A stretch of 64,000 nt of DNA from Octopus vulgaris (Eukaryota), in assembly GCA_951406725.2 (NCBI GenBank), contig OX597819.1, forward strand, positions 87,172,001 through 87,236,000, in the 5' to 3' direction. How positions within the stretch are numbered: position 1 is the stretch's first letter; the number at the start of each line of letters is the position of its first letter. The position numbers and the translations under genes are program-made. The notes below the pieces were generated by a model that saw only the letters and a list, made by a program, of their open reading frames with translations, was not told where the DNA came from and did no database searches. This document shows, one piece after another, positions 25,986-38,255 of this stretch.

Positions 25986-26027
<42 letters not shown>

Positions 26028-26206
26028 CCCGCCATAACACCAAGCAAGTGTAATGATAAGGAGTTCATTTGTATATTTCGTATAGGAAAGAGTCAAGTAC
26101 CAGTGATGAATTGCAATGGCTCTTCAGTTGTTTTAACTATCTCACCAACTAAGTTTTTGTTAATGGTATTATAAAAAATGAATCTTACAGTCTGAAAATA
26201 ACTTAC

Positions 26207-26491
26207 AAAAGAAGCTTTGGAGCCTTTTCTTCTCCTTAGTGATCCTTTCAGTCTCTCTATTGCGAAATGAGAATCGACGTAGTCACTTTCGTCATCAAAA
26301 TCTTCTTCTTTTGTTACGGGGATATTAATAGACATATCTATTGATGGTTCACGTGTATCGTTGATAGTATCACTCATAACTGAAGATCCATCACTTTCGT
26401 TGTCCTCCGCTTGTATTTCAGATGCCATCACTTCTTGATGCGCTTTCTGCTCTTTTCTTAAGGTAAAATGCACAGAATCTTTCATAAATAT
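26207..26491 (-). CDS. CHS: Myosin-chitin synthase exon (converter end plus acidic linker; alternative donor at 26189)
   Basis: IFMKDSVHFTLRKEQKAHQEV...EEDFDDESDY...RRRKGSKASF; 285 nt, phase 0-0; no IQ motif. Confidence 0.85.
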
Positions 26492-26843
26492 CTGGAAAAA
26501 ATAATATGGCTGAATTAAATATCAAAAATAAGGTAAGTAGTTTATAGACAGCAAGTTAAAACTTCTAACACGTTTGACCGTTGGATGAATTCCAAATTAT
26601 TGTATGTTATACAGTTTGTCAACATAAAATAGAAGGATTTCTTTTTTCAGATAAACAGAGTAAAGAAAAAATCAATTGGAATTATGTGTAAAACATTACA
26701 ACGCGCGCGATTTTCTATTCACGTATGTAATGTACATTCATACATACACGTACATCCATATATGTGTAAGAGTGTATGTGTGTGTGCGTGTGCGCGTGTG
26801 CGCGTGTGCGCGTGTGTGTGCGTGTACGTGTGTGTGTGTGTGT

Positions 26844-26880
<37 letters not shown>

Positions 26881-27697
26881 TCCACCACAATGGGACTAGA
26901 GGCCATTTTTGCATACCGGCCTTCTACAAGGAGGACACTTCTTTCACAAACGTCCGGTTATCTAAAATCGCTGCGAAGCCGGTTAGTACAATCGGCTGTA
27001 ATGGATCTATAAAGCTGTTGATATATGCGTGAGCGAATGTGTGCATACACATACACATGTATGTATGTTGTCCAATTTGTTTTTCTCTTATATACAACTC
27101 TGTAGGGTATATATAACTCTGTAGGGTATAAAAGTAGATCAGCTTCTATTTCTAGTAGGTCGAGTGACTGTGCAAAGGAATTTTCTCGTTAGCTCGATGT
27201 AAACTTAGTTGTTTTGTCTTCGTTTAACTATAGATAAGTCACACGAAACACCTGTAATGGAAGGCATTTCGTAATGACATTCCTTTTTTTTTTTTGTATA
27301 TCAGGAACTTCGGTGTTTTTTATTAGATGTAGATTTAGCCGTCAGTCATCGATATTATTTTCTTGTTGGGTAGTAATACAGAAGAAAACGGCCTTAGCTC
27401 TCCTTCACACGCTGTATTTCATTCTTTGAAAGGAGTGTTGGTTGAAAGAGGTAGTGTGAGTCAGCATTAGGTGGCAAGATGGAGAGTTATACAATAGAAA
27501 GTTTTATATTAACAATTACTATAATAATATGCGTTCTGCATTGTGTCACAAAACAATATCCACGACTAAGATTGAATCGAAGATTGTTCCTATTGTATGT
27601 TTTCCTTTGTTGACAATTTTTTGCGATTAAAATTCTGAACAGTTTCACATGAAAAAATTGGAAAATGGTCTTTTCCATGTAACTCCTATAATCTTAC

Positions 27698-27809
27698 CAT
27701 ATTCTTTCCTAAACAGTAATCACTAGGATTAATGTTTGCCTTTTCAAGCATTTCTTCAACTTTTTCCTTTTCAGTTATCGATTTACAATCTTTGGAAAAC
27801 ACGGTATAC
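27698..27809 (-). CDS. CHS: Myosin-chitin synthase exon (converter)
   Basis: YTVFSKDCK...MLEKANINPSDYCLGKNM, continuing into IFMK (myosin GKTKVF[LM]K); 112 nt, phase 2-0. Confidence 0.88.
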
Positions 27810-28629
27810 CTAGAGTAAGTTAAAAAAGAAAATAGAAAAGTTAACCATTTACATATTTCAATACTATTTCGTTTTATCTTAAACTTCTTAAAAGAGATGA
27901 ATTGGTTACTATTTTTCCAACTTGTACTCTGAAAAAGTTACTACATACTCACCTCGCGAGAACAGTAGATAAATAGAAAGTGGGAGAACAACCGATTCTC
28001 TCTTCAATTTTAACATAAAGCTAGTACGTAGAAGAATATACGCCACGCTAGAAAGTAATTGATGAAGCACTCTCAGAATTGTGCATTGTCATAAACGTCT
28101 CTATTATAGCATTCCATTTGATATGAATCTGCTATGTAAGATGACTAGTCTATGTACTCCAGCTAGTAACAACCTGAGTGTAAGACTTACGTAAATATAT
28201 ATTAATCTCTTGTTATGCACAGCTAGAGGAGTTTTAATGAAGTATATGTATATTAAGTTCTAATATCAGGGTATTAGTATCGCTATGCCTAAAATGAGTA
28301 ATGATTTCTCCTCCTGGAAAAATAAACAGTTCAACCATTAATGCTTCTGGCAAATGTGGCTAACGAGGCCAATCATTGAGTAGAAAATGCGATTGCATGG
28401 GCCAGCGAATGAACCACCAATTGACAGAGAATATTCTTATTTCAATTTTATCCGTAAGAAAGCATTCTAGATTTGAATGGATTTATATGGAAGACAGAGT
28501 CAGACACACATGACAAATTTAAAGGAAATGATATGGTTCAGTATCATTATTTCGATTCAGTAAGAATTCATCAATATCAATTTATAAGGGAGATAAATTT
28601 GTAATTTGAATTCAAATATGTATAATTAC

Positions 28630-28779
28630 GTATTAATAAAGTCACTGTATGTTTTTCTGAATGGATATCCGGTTTGAAATATTTCGGCAGCGTCTGCGAT
28701 TCCTGTGTAATAAAGTTGCTTTTCAACAAGAGCTCTTTCAAAAACATTATTCTCTTTCGAGGAGTTCGGTCGAATGCAC
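28630..28779 (-). CDS. CHS: Myosin-chitin synthase exon (SH2/SH1 region)
   Basis: CIRPNSSKENNVFERALVEKQLYYTGIADAAEIFQTGYPFRKTYSDFIN; 150 nt, phase 2-2. Confidence 0.93.
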
Positions 28780-29699
28780 CTATAAAATAATAGTATCTGC
28801 GGATGAGTTACCTTCAAAAATACCAAATTATCATAAGCATTTTCTTGTATATTTCTCAAAGAGGTAAATTTATACAGAAAGCATAAGTGACAAGCATTGA
28901 AACAATTTGTAGATTATGAAATTATTTGATGAAGATTACTCAGACATAATGTGGGCAATCATAAAAGCTTTCAGTTCATAACGGTTAAAATACTTTCAAA
29001 TTGTATCATATTGAATATAATAGTTTTATGCGAGATAAAATGATTCGACTAATATCACTGGGTTCTTCTCTTTGTGGGCTCTTTTTCAGGAGAAAAACCA
29101 ATTCGTAGTTAGGTAATTAATATGAATCTCAAAGAACCCAGTTCAATAGACTATCAAACAACATACAGAGAGGAGTTAGTGTTTCGTGTTTCGTAACCGG
29201 TGCTACGTAACACTCAACAATCAAGTCCTCTTATTTCGATGATTCGAATCCATACGTGATACGATCATACTAGAACACTGGATCACGCACTGAATCTTGT
29301 CTTGTCTTTCATAAATATCCGGAAAAAATTACATTGAACGCTTTGAATTTTCAAACTATTGTGGTACCAAAAAGTTCTAAGATTTACTGCTGTAAAGATC
29401 AGAAGCCACCACGTGGAATTAAATTATCAATGTTTTCTTGCAGTCCATTGATAATCTCCTGATGCAGGTATATTGTTTTGTTTATTTTTTATTTTATTGT
29501 ATTTAATTATTTATATATTTATTGGCAGAAGAAAAATATAAAATGCATGTTTAAAGCCCATTTCCGTAAAACGTTCTAGTGCTGTAGATAAATGTGTCAG
29601 GCAAGTAAGTTGGCGAGTGTTAAATGACGAATGGGTGTTATAATTATCACATATTTTCATTTCCTTCGTCGATGAATAATTTGAAAATCTTTCTTTCTA

Positions 29700-30065
29700 T
29701 ATTCTTTCATTTGTTTCAGTCAGTTGACAGCAGCCATGCTAAGGCACCACCTTAAAGGGTTTTAGTCAAACAAATCGACCCCAGGACTTATTTTATTTAA
29801 AGCTAAATACTTATTCTATCGGGTTCTTTTGCTGAACTGCTTAGTTACGGGGACGTAAACACACCAATATGAGTTGTCAAGCGGTGGCGTGGAAAAAAAT
29901 ACACACACATACGACGGGTATATTTTCAGTTTCCATCTACCAAATATACTCACAAAGCTTTGGTCGGCCCGAGGTTATAGTATAATACACTTTTCAAGGT
30001 GCCATGCAATTGGACTGAACCTAGAACAATGTGGTTAGGAAGCAAGAATATTGCCATACAGCCAC
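29700..30065 (-). mobile_element. tRNA-derived SINE family B
   Basis: Colinear with 20750-21168. Confidence 0.75.
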
Positions 30066-30266
30066 GTCTGCTATATGCTTACCTCTTAAACACTTATACA
30101 ATTTCTGTATTTTGTTACTGATTTCTTTGCCAGTTATTCATTGTGATACACAGTTACAGTTATCTAGAAGTCTTTTGGGGGTGCGGCTATTCTCTCACCT
30201 ACTTCGTCACACTAAGATGAGTTGAAGTAAACGGTTGTAATTGCTGACCAAAGTCGATTTAAGAAA

Positions 30267-30304
<38 letters not shown>

Positions 30305-30329
30305 AAAAGCAATAAAGAAACTCTTTTAC

Positions 30330-30385
30330 CGGATGAAATGAAGTTCTGAAGCATTAAGCTTTTGGACAAGCATGAACAATGAAAC
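30330..30385 (-). CDS. CHS: Myosin-chitin synthase exon (motor)
   Basis: VSLFMLVQKLNASELHFIR resembles myosin SLxxLMxxLxxxxPHF[IV]R; 56 nt, phase 0-2. Confidence 0.9.
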
Positions 30386-31354
30386 CTGGAACATACAAAC
30401 AAAAGAAAATCTTCAGACAGGATTCATTCAGTTAAAGCTATAACCACACAGTATTCTCTATCATAGAATATTACTCATTTCTTTTGACTCGACAAAATGG
30501 GAAATTAATGTGAAAGGGTTTACTCATCACATCTTAGAACAAACACGGACCGTCAACTGAATAGTCATGCGTCAATTTGACTCAGGTGCAAATCCATCCC
30601 CGGTGGTTTTGGACTTCTTTCTGTGTTACTAAAGCATGATAGATATATAATCAGATTGATTAAAGTTTAAATCACTGTAAATTATTTGGTATTTATATGC
30701 TTCCAACTTCTGTTTCAAAAATAACTCTTTATTAGGCCTGTATACTAATATTTTCATAAGTTTTATCTGGTGAGTTTCTTTTTGACACAACAAAGCAAGT
30801 GAAATATAAAAACTTGAAAATACAATCTGCCCAATACACAGATGGAAGAATTTACCGAGTGCACTATGATTAAATATGTCTTTTTTTTATTTTGTGTCTA
30901 CATGAGTTTTGTGTATATGAGCTTTGTTCCACCTTGCTGCCTAGAATGAGTAGTCTTTAGAGGTTCGATAGTTAACTTAGTCAATTCTGGGTTCAAATAT
31001 CGCAAGAGTTGACCTTCCTTATCGTACATTAAGTCAATTTAATAATCACTTGTCTATTAACTTTTAACATTTACGTGTTTCAGCGAGCGGAATGCGGCCA
31101 TACTGGAGTATCACCTTCAAGGGTGATACTCTAGTAAATCGACCTAGGCGAGCCGCTAAGTTACGGGATGGTAAACAAACGCATTATTTGAGCAGTTTAA
31201 TAAATTTTCTGAAGGAAACAATTGGACCAAGTGGACATGAGATATAATTCAAATCACATTTAGGTTATTGGATTCATATGCATGTATATATGAAATATAA
31301 CAGGGAAACGGAACAACAAAAAAAGAAAAGAAAAGAGTAAACTTTTAGAAATAC

Positions 31355-31403
31355 CTTCATATAAGATATAACAGTTTTTGTTCGTTTTTCTCCAAGTCTG
31401 GAT
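31355..31403 (-). CDS. CHS: Myosin-chitin synthase exon (end of loop 2)
   Basis: SRLGEKRTKTVISYMK resembles myosin TVxxxF[KR]; 49 nt, phase 2-0. Confidence 0.8.
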
Positions 31404-31595
31404 CTGAGTATAACGAAAATAATCAGTTAGGATAGTGTTTATAGAAGAAAGTTATGTTATTTCTATACAATACAAGAATCTATAAATTAGCGAATCATTT
31501 ATAGACACTTCCAGGAGGTAAGTGAAAGTGCTTAAATTGAAAATTTAAAGTTTGTTAAAAGTCATAAACTGAATTGACCTAAATCCAAAACTTAC

Positions 31596-31688
31596 ACGTT
31601 GAGGCTTTGTGTAGGTTTTCCGTCCATCATACCATATAGTTTTTTCCTGTTTAGTCCAGATTTGTATGTGCCTAGAGTAGTTGGATCC
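31596..31688 (-). CDS. CHS: Myosin-chitin synthase exon (loop 2)
   Basis: DPTTLGTYKSGLNRKKLYGMMDGKPTQSLN; 93 nt, phase 2-2, CAG/GTAAG; open frame but little motif support. Confidence 0.7.
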
Positions 31689-32158
31689 CTGAAAACGAGT
31701 GAATTAATGTGTTTTATTTAAGAACGTTAATCTTCATCTACAGAGAAGCAAATAGAAGAATATTGAGAATGAATGATTTGAATATGATCGCTCCCAGAAA
31801 TGTGTATTCACGAATATGAATTGTCAATTAAACGGAAAGTTTTACGTTAAACTTTACATATCCATAAGCTGACCAAAATAATTAAATATTTTCGGTGAAA
31901 CTTCAGGGATTCGATTTTCATAGTATCCACGATGAAAAGAATTTTTAATTCAATTGTCTGAATATCGATACTATGGAGAGTAAAGATGGCTGTTGTAAGT
32001 TGCAGGAACAGGTGACCTTAGTTTAGATTTCAGACTAGTTTGGTGAGAGACAAATTTCTATAAGCGAGTTCATATTTGGAATACTACTGCAAAAGAAGTT
32101 CTACGATATTACTATGGCACAATGAATTTACGAACCCGAAAAGAATATTGTTACTCAC

Positions 32159-32301
32159 GTTCCTATTGATCCTGTTATATCTCTCTGAGCTCTGAAAAGT
32201 CTGGAAAAGAATTCATCGCTACTGCCTTTTGCACACATTATCAAATCGTTACAAATTTCATCTCTATTTTTTATGAGAAAAGAATCAATTTCATAAGTCA
32301 C
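32159..32301 (-). CDS. CHS: Myosin-chitin synthase exon (motor)
   Basis: VTYEIDSFLIKNRDEICNDLIMCAKGSSDEFFSRLF...; 143 nt, phase 0-2. Confidence 0.93.
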
Positions 32302-34128
32302 CTGCAAATATATACCGAAAATATCTAAAATAATTATATAAACAAAACATTTACTCGATAATAGGGTTGACACATCTCACACGCAATTTCTTTGTATTAT
32401 TTACAGAAATCAGTTTTTACCCTATGTTCCTTTAAAAACATTACTAGAATAGTTCATACAGAAATGAATACAATAATACAGGAACGCGAAACAGATGAAT
32501 TCAAAGACTGACAATTCGCTGACATAAAACCATTTTCGTAACTAATACTTAGTGTAGCGGTAAGTTCTCGACGAACATATTCTATGACTCAGTAGCTAAG
32601 AAAGTTCGTTAGGTTAGATCGTTTTAAGTGACATAATTGTTTTAACTGCATGTTGTCAAACACTAAAGAAAGTTTTTTTTTTATATATGGACAATGATTA
32701 TATCTTGTACTGTTGATCAAGACAAGATTGTTATATTTCTATTCGTGAGTATTTTATACGTCTCTGTTCATGGAGGCGGGACATGTTTAACGTACGATGT
32801 CAGCGTTTTATGCAGGTAACATGTGTGCGTGGAAGGTCAGGGAAAACGGATTAGGAGTATCATCTACAAAGAAGTGATTGCTGTTAGAAGTAATGACAAG
32901 CAGGTCTTTAATGTACAAGAAAAAAAAGGAATTGAAACTGGGGCAGAGTGTGTTGGTCAAGCAGAGTTCCATCAACGCGCACTGTAATCGGGCCGTCTGA
33001 CAAGAAAATTCTAATCCAAGAGATGAAACACATAGATCGCAACAGGTAGACAGCCGGTCGGTTCAGAAGTTAATATTCTTGGGTATGAAATACATTGTAG
33101 CGCTTTTCCAAAAGTTTAGTAGAGAAAATAATGTTGAATTATTTGATATAGTCGTAGGGCCTGTTGGTTTGAAGCGAACGGATGAGTTAGAGCACTCGCT
33201 GAGTGTGTTTGCATTGTGGTCAGGCTAACGGAGTCAAGAAGGAATGGCCTGCAATTGTCGAAGGTGTATATTTTGGAATTGAAGAAAAAGCAGACAGTAA
33301 ATGCAGAAGCTTTCGCTTCTCTACATTAGTGATGTTTATGGAGCTTTTTCGGGTGGGTGGTAACTTGTAATTACAAAATTTATAAATATCCATTTGGTAG
33401 GAAACCAAGAGAATCGACTGCAAGCCTAAAGACGTATTTGGCTTTTGGGATGGTTGTTTTATACGAATTGAGATGGTGGGTAAAGACCAGCAGCTTGCCG
33501 AAGTGGATGAATTTAGGGAACTTGGAGCTCTGGATTGTTTGAGTTACGTAAAAGAACGGAGCTTGGTAGTAGTCTCCTAAGTATTGAGGATGAAGAAAAT
33601 TTGCTGCCAGCGATAGTCATAGTAAGCCTGACTGACTTACAATTAATTAGCGGACTTGATATAAATCGCAAAAGCTGCAATACGTATTTGGACACTCGGA
33701 AATTGCTTTAGTCTCGCTTCAAAAACAAACGCTGCATAGAATATCTCTGTGACGATCAAATATTCGAGTGTGTGATGATATTAACTGTTGCAGAAAACTC
33801 CATGACCGACTGAGAATCGAAGTTAAAGTTGTCAAAGTTGAACTGTCTAACAACGAGATTTCAGAAAATAGTTTCTGTTGGAATACGAAAGTTAATCAAA
33901 CATTTACTAGTGGCTGGAAGAGGGGGTCGGGGGAGGTAGAAACTGCAGATAATTTTAAGGCATCGGGAATAGAAGACATTGATCTAGTGTGACGGTAAAT
34001 CTTTTTTCTTGGTGTAGCGGTGTAAGAGATAAGTTGCAGGGATATGGATTCTATATGCTCAAAGACGCCACCTTGTAGAGCAAACTCAATATAAACACAT
34101 GCACACAAACACTTACAAAGATATATCA

Positions 34129-34185
<57 letters not shown>

Positions 34186-34188
<3 letters not shown>

Positions 34189-34367
34189 AGATCGTTAGCC
34201 ACTACACACATTTTTCTCTCCTTGTTTTTTCTGTGTCCCTTTCTTTAGAAGAGCGTAGGCTCGAAACGTAAAAGACATTTTCTATTCCTGAGCGTTATAC
34301 TAGTACATCTGTGTTTGTTTTGTACACCACCTGTCTTCGTCTTTTGTTATTTTCGTAAACTCTCCCC

Positions 34368-34370
<3 letters not shown>
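34186..34370 (+). mobile_element. Short PLE-type 3' terminal fragment between (TA)n tracts, with decayed hammerhead-like motif
   Basis: CTTT-ctttaga-AGAGC gtag GCTC-GAAA-CG-TA-AAAG at 34239-34274; related motif at 54827-54853. Confidence 0.5.
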
Positions 34371-34404
<34 letters not shown>

Positions 34405-34652
34405 GACATAAGGATATATGTGTGAGTGTAAGCTAGTTAGAGGAAGGAAGAAACGGATGAAGGCAAACCGAGTTTGATATGAATCCATCTAATATGACAA
34501 TACTGGAGAGGAATTTACGATTTAATTATTTTTTTATGGATTTTGTCTACATTATTCGTTTTCTTTTTTCTTAAGTTTTCTTAAGTCAATGGAATTTTAT
34601 ATGAAATGTCTTTGATATAAAGTAAAGAAAACAGAAAAAGAAATAACGTTAC

Positions 34653-34811
34653 CTTTCCAGCAAAATGGTGAATGGCAAAAAATCCGGTGACATCCTTCTT
34701 TTCATAGTATTTCTGGTTTCCAAATGTTTTGTTTAACTTTGTGAACAAAGTATCACTGTTGGACTCTGGGAAGTGCGTTTGTTCATCAATTATTAAAAGC
34801 AATGACGGTGA
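34653..34811 (-). CDS. CHS: Myosin-chitin synthase exon (actin-binding lower 50K region)
   Basis: SPSLLLIIDEQTHFPESNSDTLFTKL...FAIHHFAGK; 159 nt, phase 0-0. Confidence 0.93.
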
Positions 34812-35494
34812 CTAATGTATTAGAAAAATGAAAATTTCTGTGTGACATATTAAATATAAATCAATGAAATGCAATGGTAAGAAAACGGTATATTATATGG
34901 GCACTATAAAAAGTTGTGATGTCATAAGAAGTCGTTATGAGTAAAAGTAATTTTAATGGTTCATTGATTTGAAATTTAGTCTGCTGTAATCTTTTGTAGT
35001 GTTGTGAAGTAACTAGCACTTGTGAGTAGTGGTATAAAGCAAATTGGACTGTTGTAAAAGTTTAGACCCAATACAACGGTAAACATAAACCTGACCTAAT
35101 GAAGTGTGTATTAACCTCTTCGAGAAGAGATAGGTTTGTACGTGAAGGACAACAAAAAATGGCTGATTACACCTTCATTAGGTAAAAAAACGTCGATCGT
35201 AATGCCTATCAGTAGCCATATCATCGCCTGAAGAACAGGTTCAGAGGGCGTCTATCTTAGTGTTGTGCGAGAGTACGACGCCCCCTGGCGAGAATGGACT
35301 AGACCACTACATATAAATAGTAGCGGTCTAAGGTAGTTAGAAAAAGCTTACCCAAGAGACGTTGGTCCTTAGGTAGGAAATTTCTTTGAAACTGTTTACA
35401 AAGAACTAGCAAACAACCCACCAACCACTGCTGAAACGGGCGAGGAAGGACCTACTAGCCAACCGGAACACATTTAAAAAGTAAGCAGCATTCA

Positions 35495-36390
35495 TGTACT
35501 CGCTTAATTTCGGAAGTTTAAATGTGTGGCCTGAAATTGGATTGGAAACATTCTTGTCTCCTAAACGATCTCAGATCACATCGGTTAGATGTGACAGCTC
35601 TTACTGACAACAGACTGAAGGGACTGCAGGATTTTGCGCCGCTCCTTAACGACTACAAGAATATTTCTCCATGTCAACCGGGATATGCAAGGGGTGTCGT
35701 AGCTCTACTGGGGAAGGCACTCAAACTAGAAACTGAACTATCTTTGTCAATCCAGAAGGCAGGCTGGTCGTCCTAGATGTGACAGTTGTGGTAAGGCCTT
35801 CGGGTTGGTGGCAGTCTATACCCCGATGGAGACAAGACAGCATAACTTTTTCAAAAGCCTGGTAAACTTCCTGTGTACGTCACAGATGTTAGTAGTGTTA
35901 GGTGACTTCAACGCAATCTGCGATGCACGTGCAGATTACACTGGCTCCAATTGTTTTAAGAAGGAAATCTCTTGCCTCAACGATCTGCTCAGACGGTTCC
36001 AGCTGGCAGATCGATTCAGACTAAATCACCGGATGTTCCACAGTGGACGTGGTCAAGAAATGATGGGTCATCTAGATGTTACCTAGGCAGAATAATAATT
36101 AGGATTAAAGACAAGAATATAGCTAGGTGTCCATAATTAACCATTGTCAGCTACAGTGATCACAAACAAGTGACCTGTAAGCTGGACGTAGATAGCATGA
36201 CTAGACAGAGATCCAGCTACTGGAAGATAAATAAGTTGCTACTGACCTGTGATGCTTACAGGAGTCGGATTAGGCAGTTAGTGATGAGGGCATTGACAAG
36301 AACCATTATTAACATGGTGGTATGTCCTCAAAAGAGCCATAAAAAGGTCAATTAGATTTAGTAGAAAGTTAGCTAAGAATAGAAATACTG
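35495..36390 (+). mobile_element. Tx1/L1-like APE endonuclease fragment, degenerate
   Basis: SLNVCGL, LVAVYTP, VLGDFNAI, SDHKQV, SYWKIN motifs with frameshifts. Confidence 0.8.
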
Positions 36391-36993
36391 TAGAAATACT
36401 GTAGAAAGTCAAGTTTATCGGATGGTTTCTTATAAATAACAGTAAGTAGGACTATTGTTAATTAACTTAGCAAAACCACTTTGTAATCTCTACACACTAT
36501 CAGATTTTAGAAAATTCATTGTATATAGATACAAAGTGCGTTAAGGAACAAACTATTTAATGAAAATTTCCCGCTCGTTGAACTCTGCTAAGACAGAAGG
36601 AAGGAGTATAATAATATACTATGGGCAAATGCATCACGTGGTTAGTTGAAGGAAGAAGCAAAGAGCGAGGGAAAAAGACGATGAGAGAAAAGTGGGAGAA
36701 AGAATTGTTAATAACGTGCTGTAGGGTGGGGAGGGAAAGGTGAAGAGAAAGAGAGAATCTTAAAGATATGAAGAGGGGAATTACATGGTTAAAAAGTTTG
36801 TTGAAGAGGTAGTGAGAAAGAAAAATATAAAGTGCGTAGCAGAGGAAAAGTTTTAAATGATATAATATATTATTGTGACTGGAAGTGAATGAAAGATAAA
36901 AATAAAAATCATTCTTTCTTTCTTAAACAGCTTTTCATAATCTTATCTGTCTGGAATTTCCACAGACCCCTCTAGTAAAATTAATTTACTTAC

Positions 36994-37225
36994 CTTTTCA
37001 AACATATTCAGTATCTCTTCATTGCCTGTAAATTTGTCATTCTTATACAATAACTGGATTCCTTCCTCTTTGTAGAGTTCCATTTCCATTGTAAAAATGT
37101 GTTTTTCAAGGTAACACTGTAATTTTTCATTTGTGAAATTTATGACAAACTGTTCAAAACTGTTTCTTTCTAGACTTTCAAATCCTGACATATCCAAAAT
37201 GCTAATTGAATTCTCACTGCCTCTC
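36994..37225 (-). CDS. CHS: Myosin-chitin synthase exon (switch II, relay helix)
   Basis: SISILDMSGFESLERNSFEQFVINFTNEKLQCYLEKHIFTMEMELYKEEGI; 232 nt, phase 2-0. Confidence 0.95.
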
Positions 37226-37354
37226 CTGCAAAATAAATTCGTTTATTGATAAATATTAGCTTAAAGTAAGAGGAACATACTAGAAATGCTTAATAAATAT
37301 AATCTAATGATATTTAGATGAGTACATCTACGTTCTAGTTCTATAGTTAAGAGA

Positions 37355-38255
37355 TAAGGAATTATATACATTATTTACATTATCTACATTTCACGGGTAT
37401 TTGTCCTCATTTTGTTTATTGTTTGCACAACTTTTCGGCTGATATACCTTCCATCCTTCATCAAGTGTCTTGGGGAAATTTCGAACCTGGGTTCTCATTC
37501 CTAAGGTATTTTTCGATATCATTATCATTATTATTATTATTGAGTGAGAGAGCAGTGCATGCCATCAAAGTGACACTGGGGTAAAATATACGAAGCCCAG
37601 TATACTCATCATGACTACCCGTCTGATAAGGGTACACTAGGTACATACATCACAACCATATATGCGCGACATGGTGATCTCATATCAAGATAAACAGCAC
37701 ATGACCTTGCAGGTGGGGCCCAGTTAGAAGTTTCTTTTGGTCGAGTAACCCATCCCGCTCAATAGGTCCATGAATAAGGTTTGTTTAAGGATGTTGAACG
37801 AAACACCCATGTTGCCAGAGGTGCATTATTCAAACCCCAAATAATCCCTCTCGACACATGGCTATGATGCTCCCCCACTACTTCTGCTCGTGATCAGAGA
37901 TGCACATATCATCAGCCACTAAGGGACATGCTCAACTGGTTAAGGTCAAACAACTGACAAGCAAATCTGTGGTACTGAGCAGAATATTTGCTGTAGCCCA
38001 TCTTTTATACCAAGACAAAACAATGTACATGATAGCACTTCCAATCAGTTAAGATCAGAAGCCATGAGAGCCACTGTCTGGTATTGCATTAGGGCATTTA
38101 TTATTATTATTATTATTATCATTATTATTATTCAGGACATTGCTTGGAATCGAACTCGGAATCTTGGAGTTAGTAGCCTGCGCTCTTAACCACTACGCCA
38201 AACAAGATGAGGACAAATATCCGTCAAATGTAAACACTGTAAATGATGTATCTAA
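37355..38255 (-). mobile_element. Host repeat with terminal inverted segment, tRNA-like segment and degenerate hammerhead, interrupted by the 560-bp element
   Basis: 37386-37418 is an imperfect reverse complement of 38200-38233; A/B boxes (TGGCGTAGTGG, GTTCGATTCC) at 38145-38200 minus; HHR-like motif at 37424-37469 minus. Confidence 0.6.
37541..38098 (+). mobile_element. About 560-bp non-coding interspersed element flanked by (TTA)n (copy 2), nested in another repeat
   Basis: Homologous to 16392-16922; TTA repeats on both sides. Confidence 0.8.

Larger units (their letters stand above)
24978..25993 (+). mobile_element. Non-coding hammerhead-carrying element (retrozyme or non-autonomous PLE-like): 493-bp partial tandem plus 5' inversion, between (TA)n
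   Basis: 25269-25500 is repeated at 25762-25993 (period 493); 24978-25249 is the reverse complement of 25617-25887; (TA)n on both sides. Confidence 0.8.

Noticed and set aside
32700-34010. Possible old minus-strand PLE or LINE remnant (also 4660-5250)
   Set aside because: Composition is suggestive but I could not recover diagnostic motifs
38140-38200. tRNA gene
   Set aside because: A/B boxes present but no convincing acceptor stem; embedded in a repeat, so treated as a tRNA-derived head
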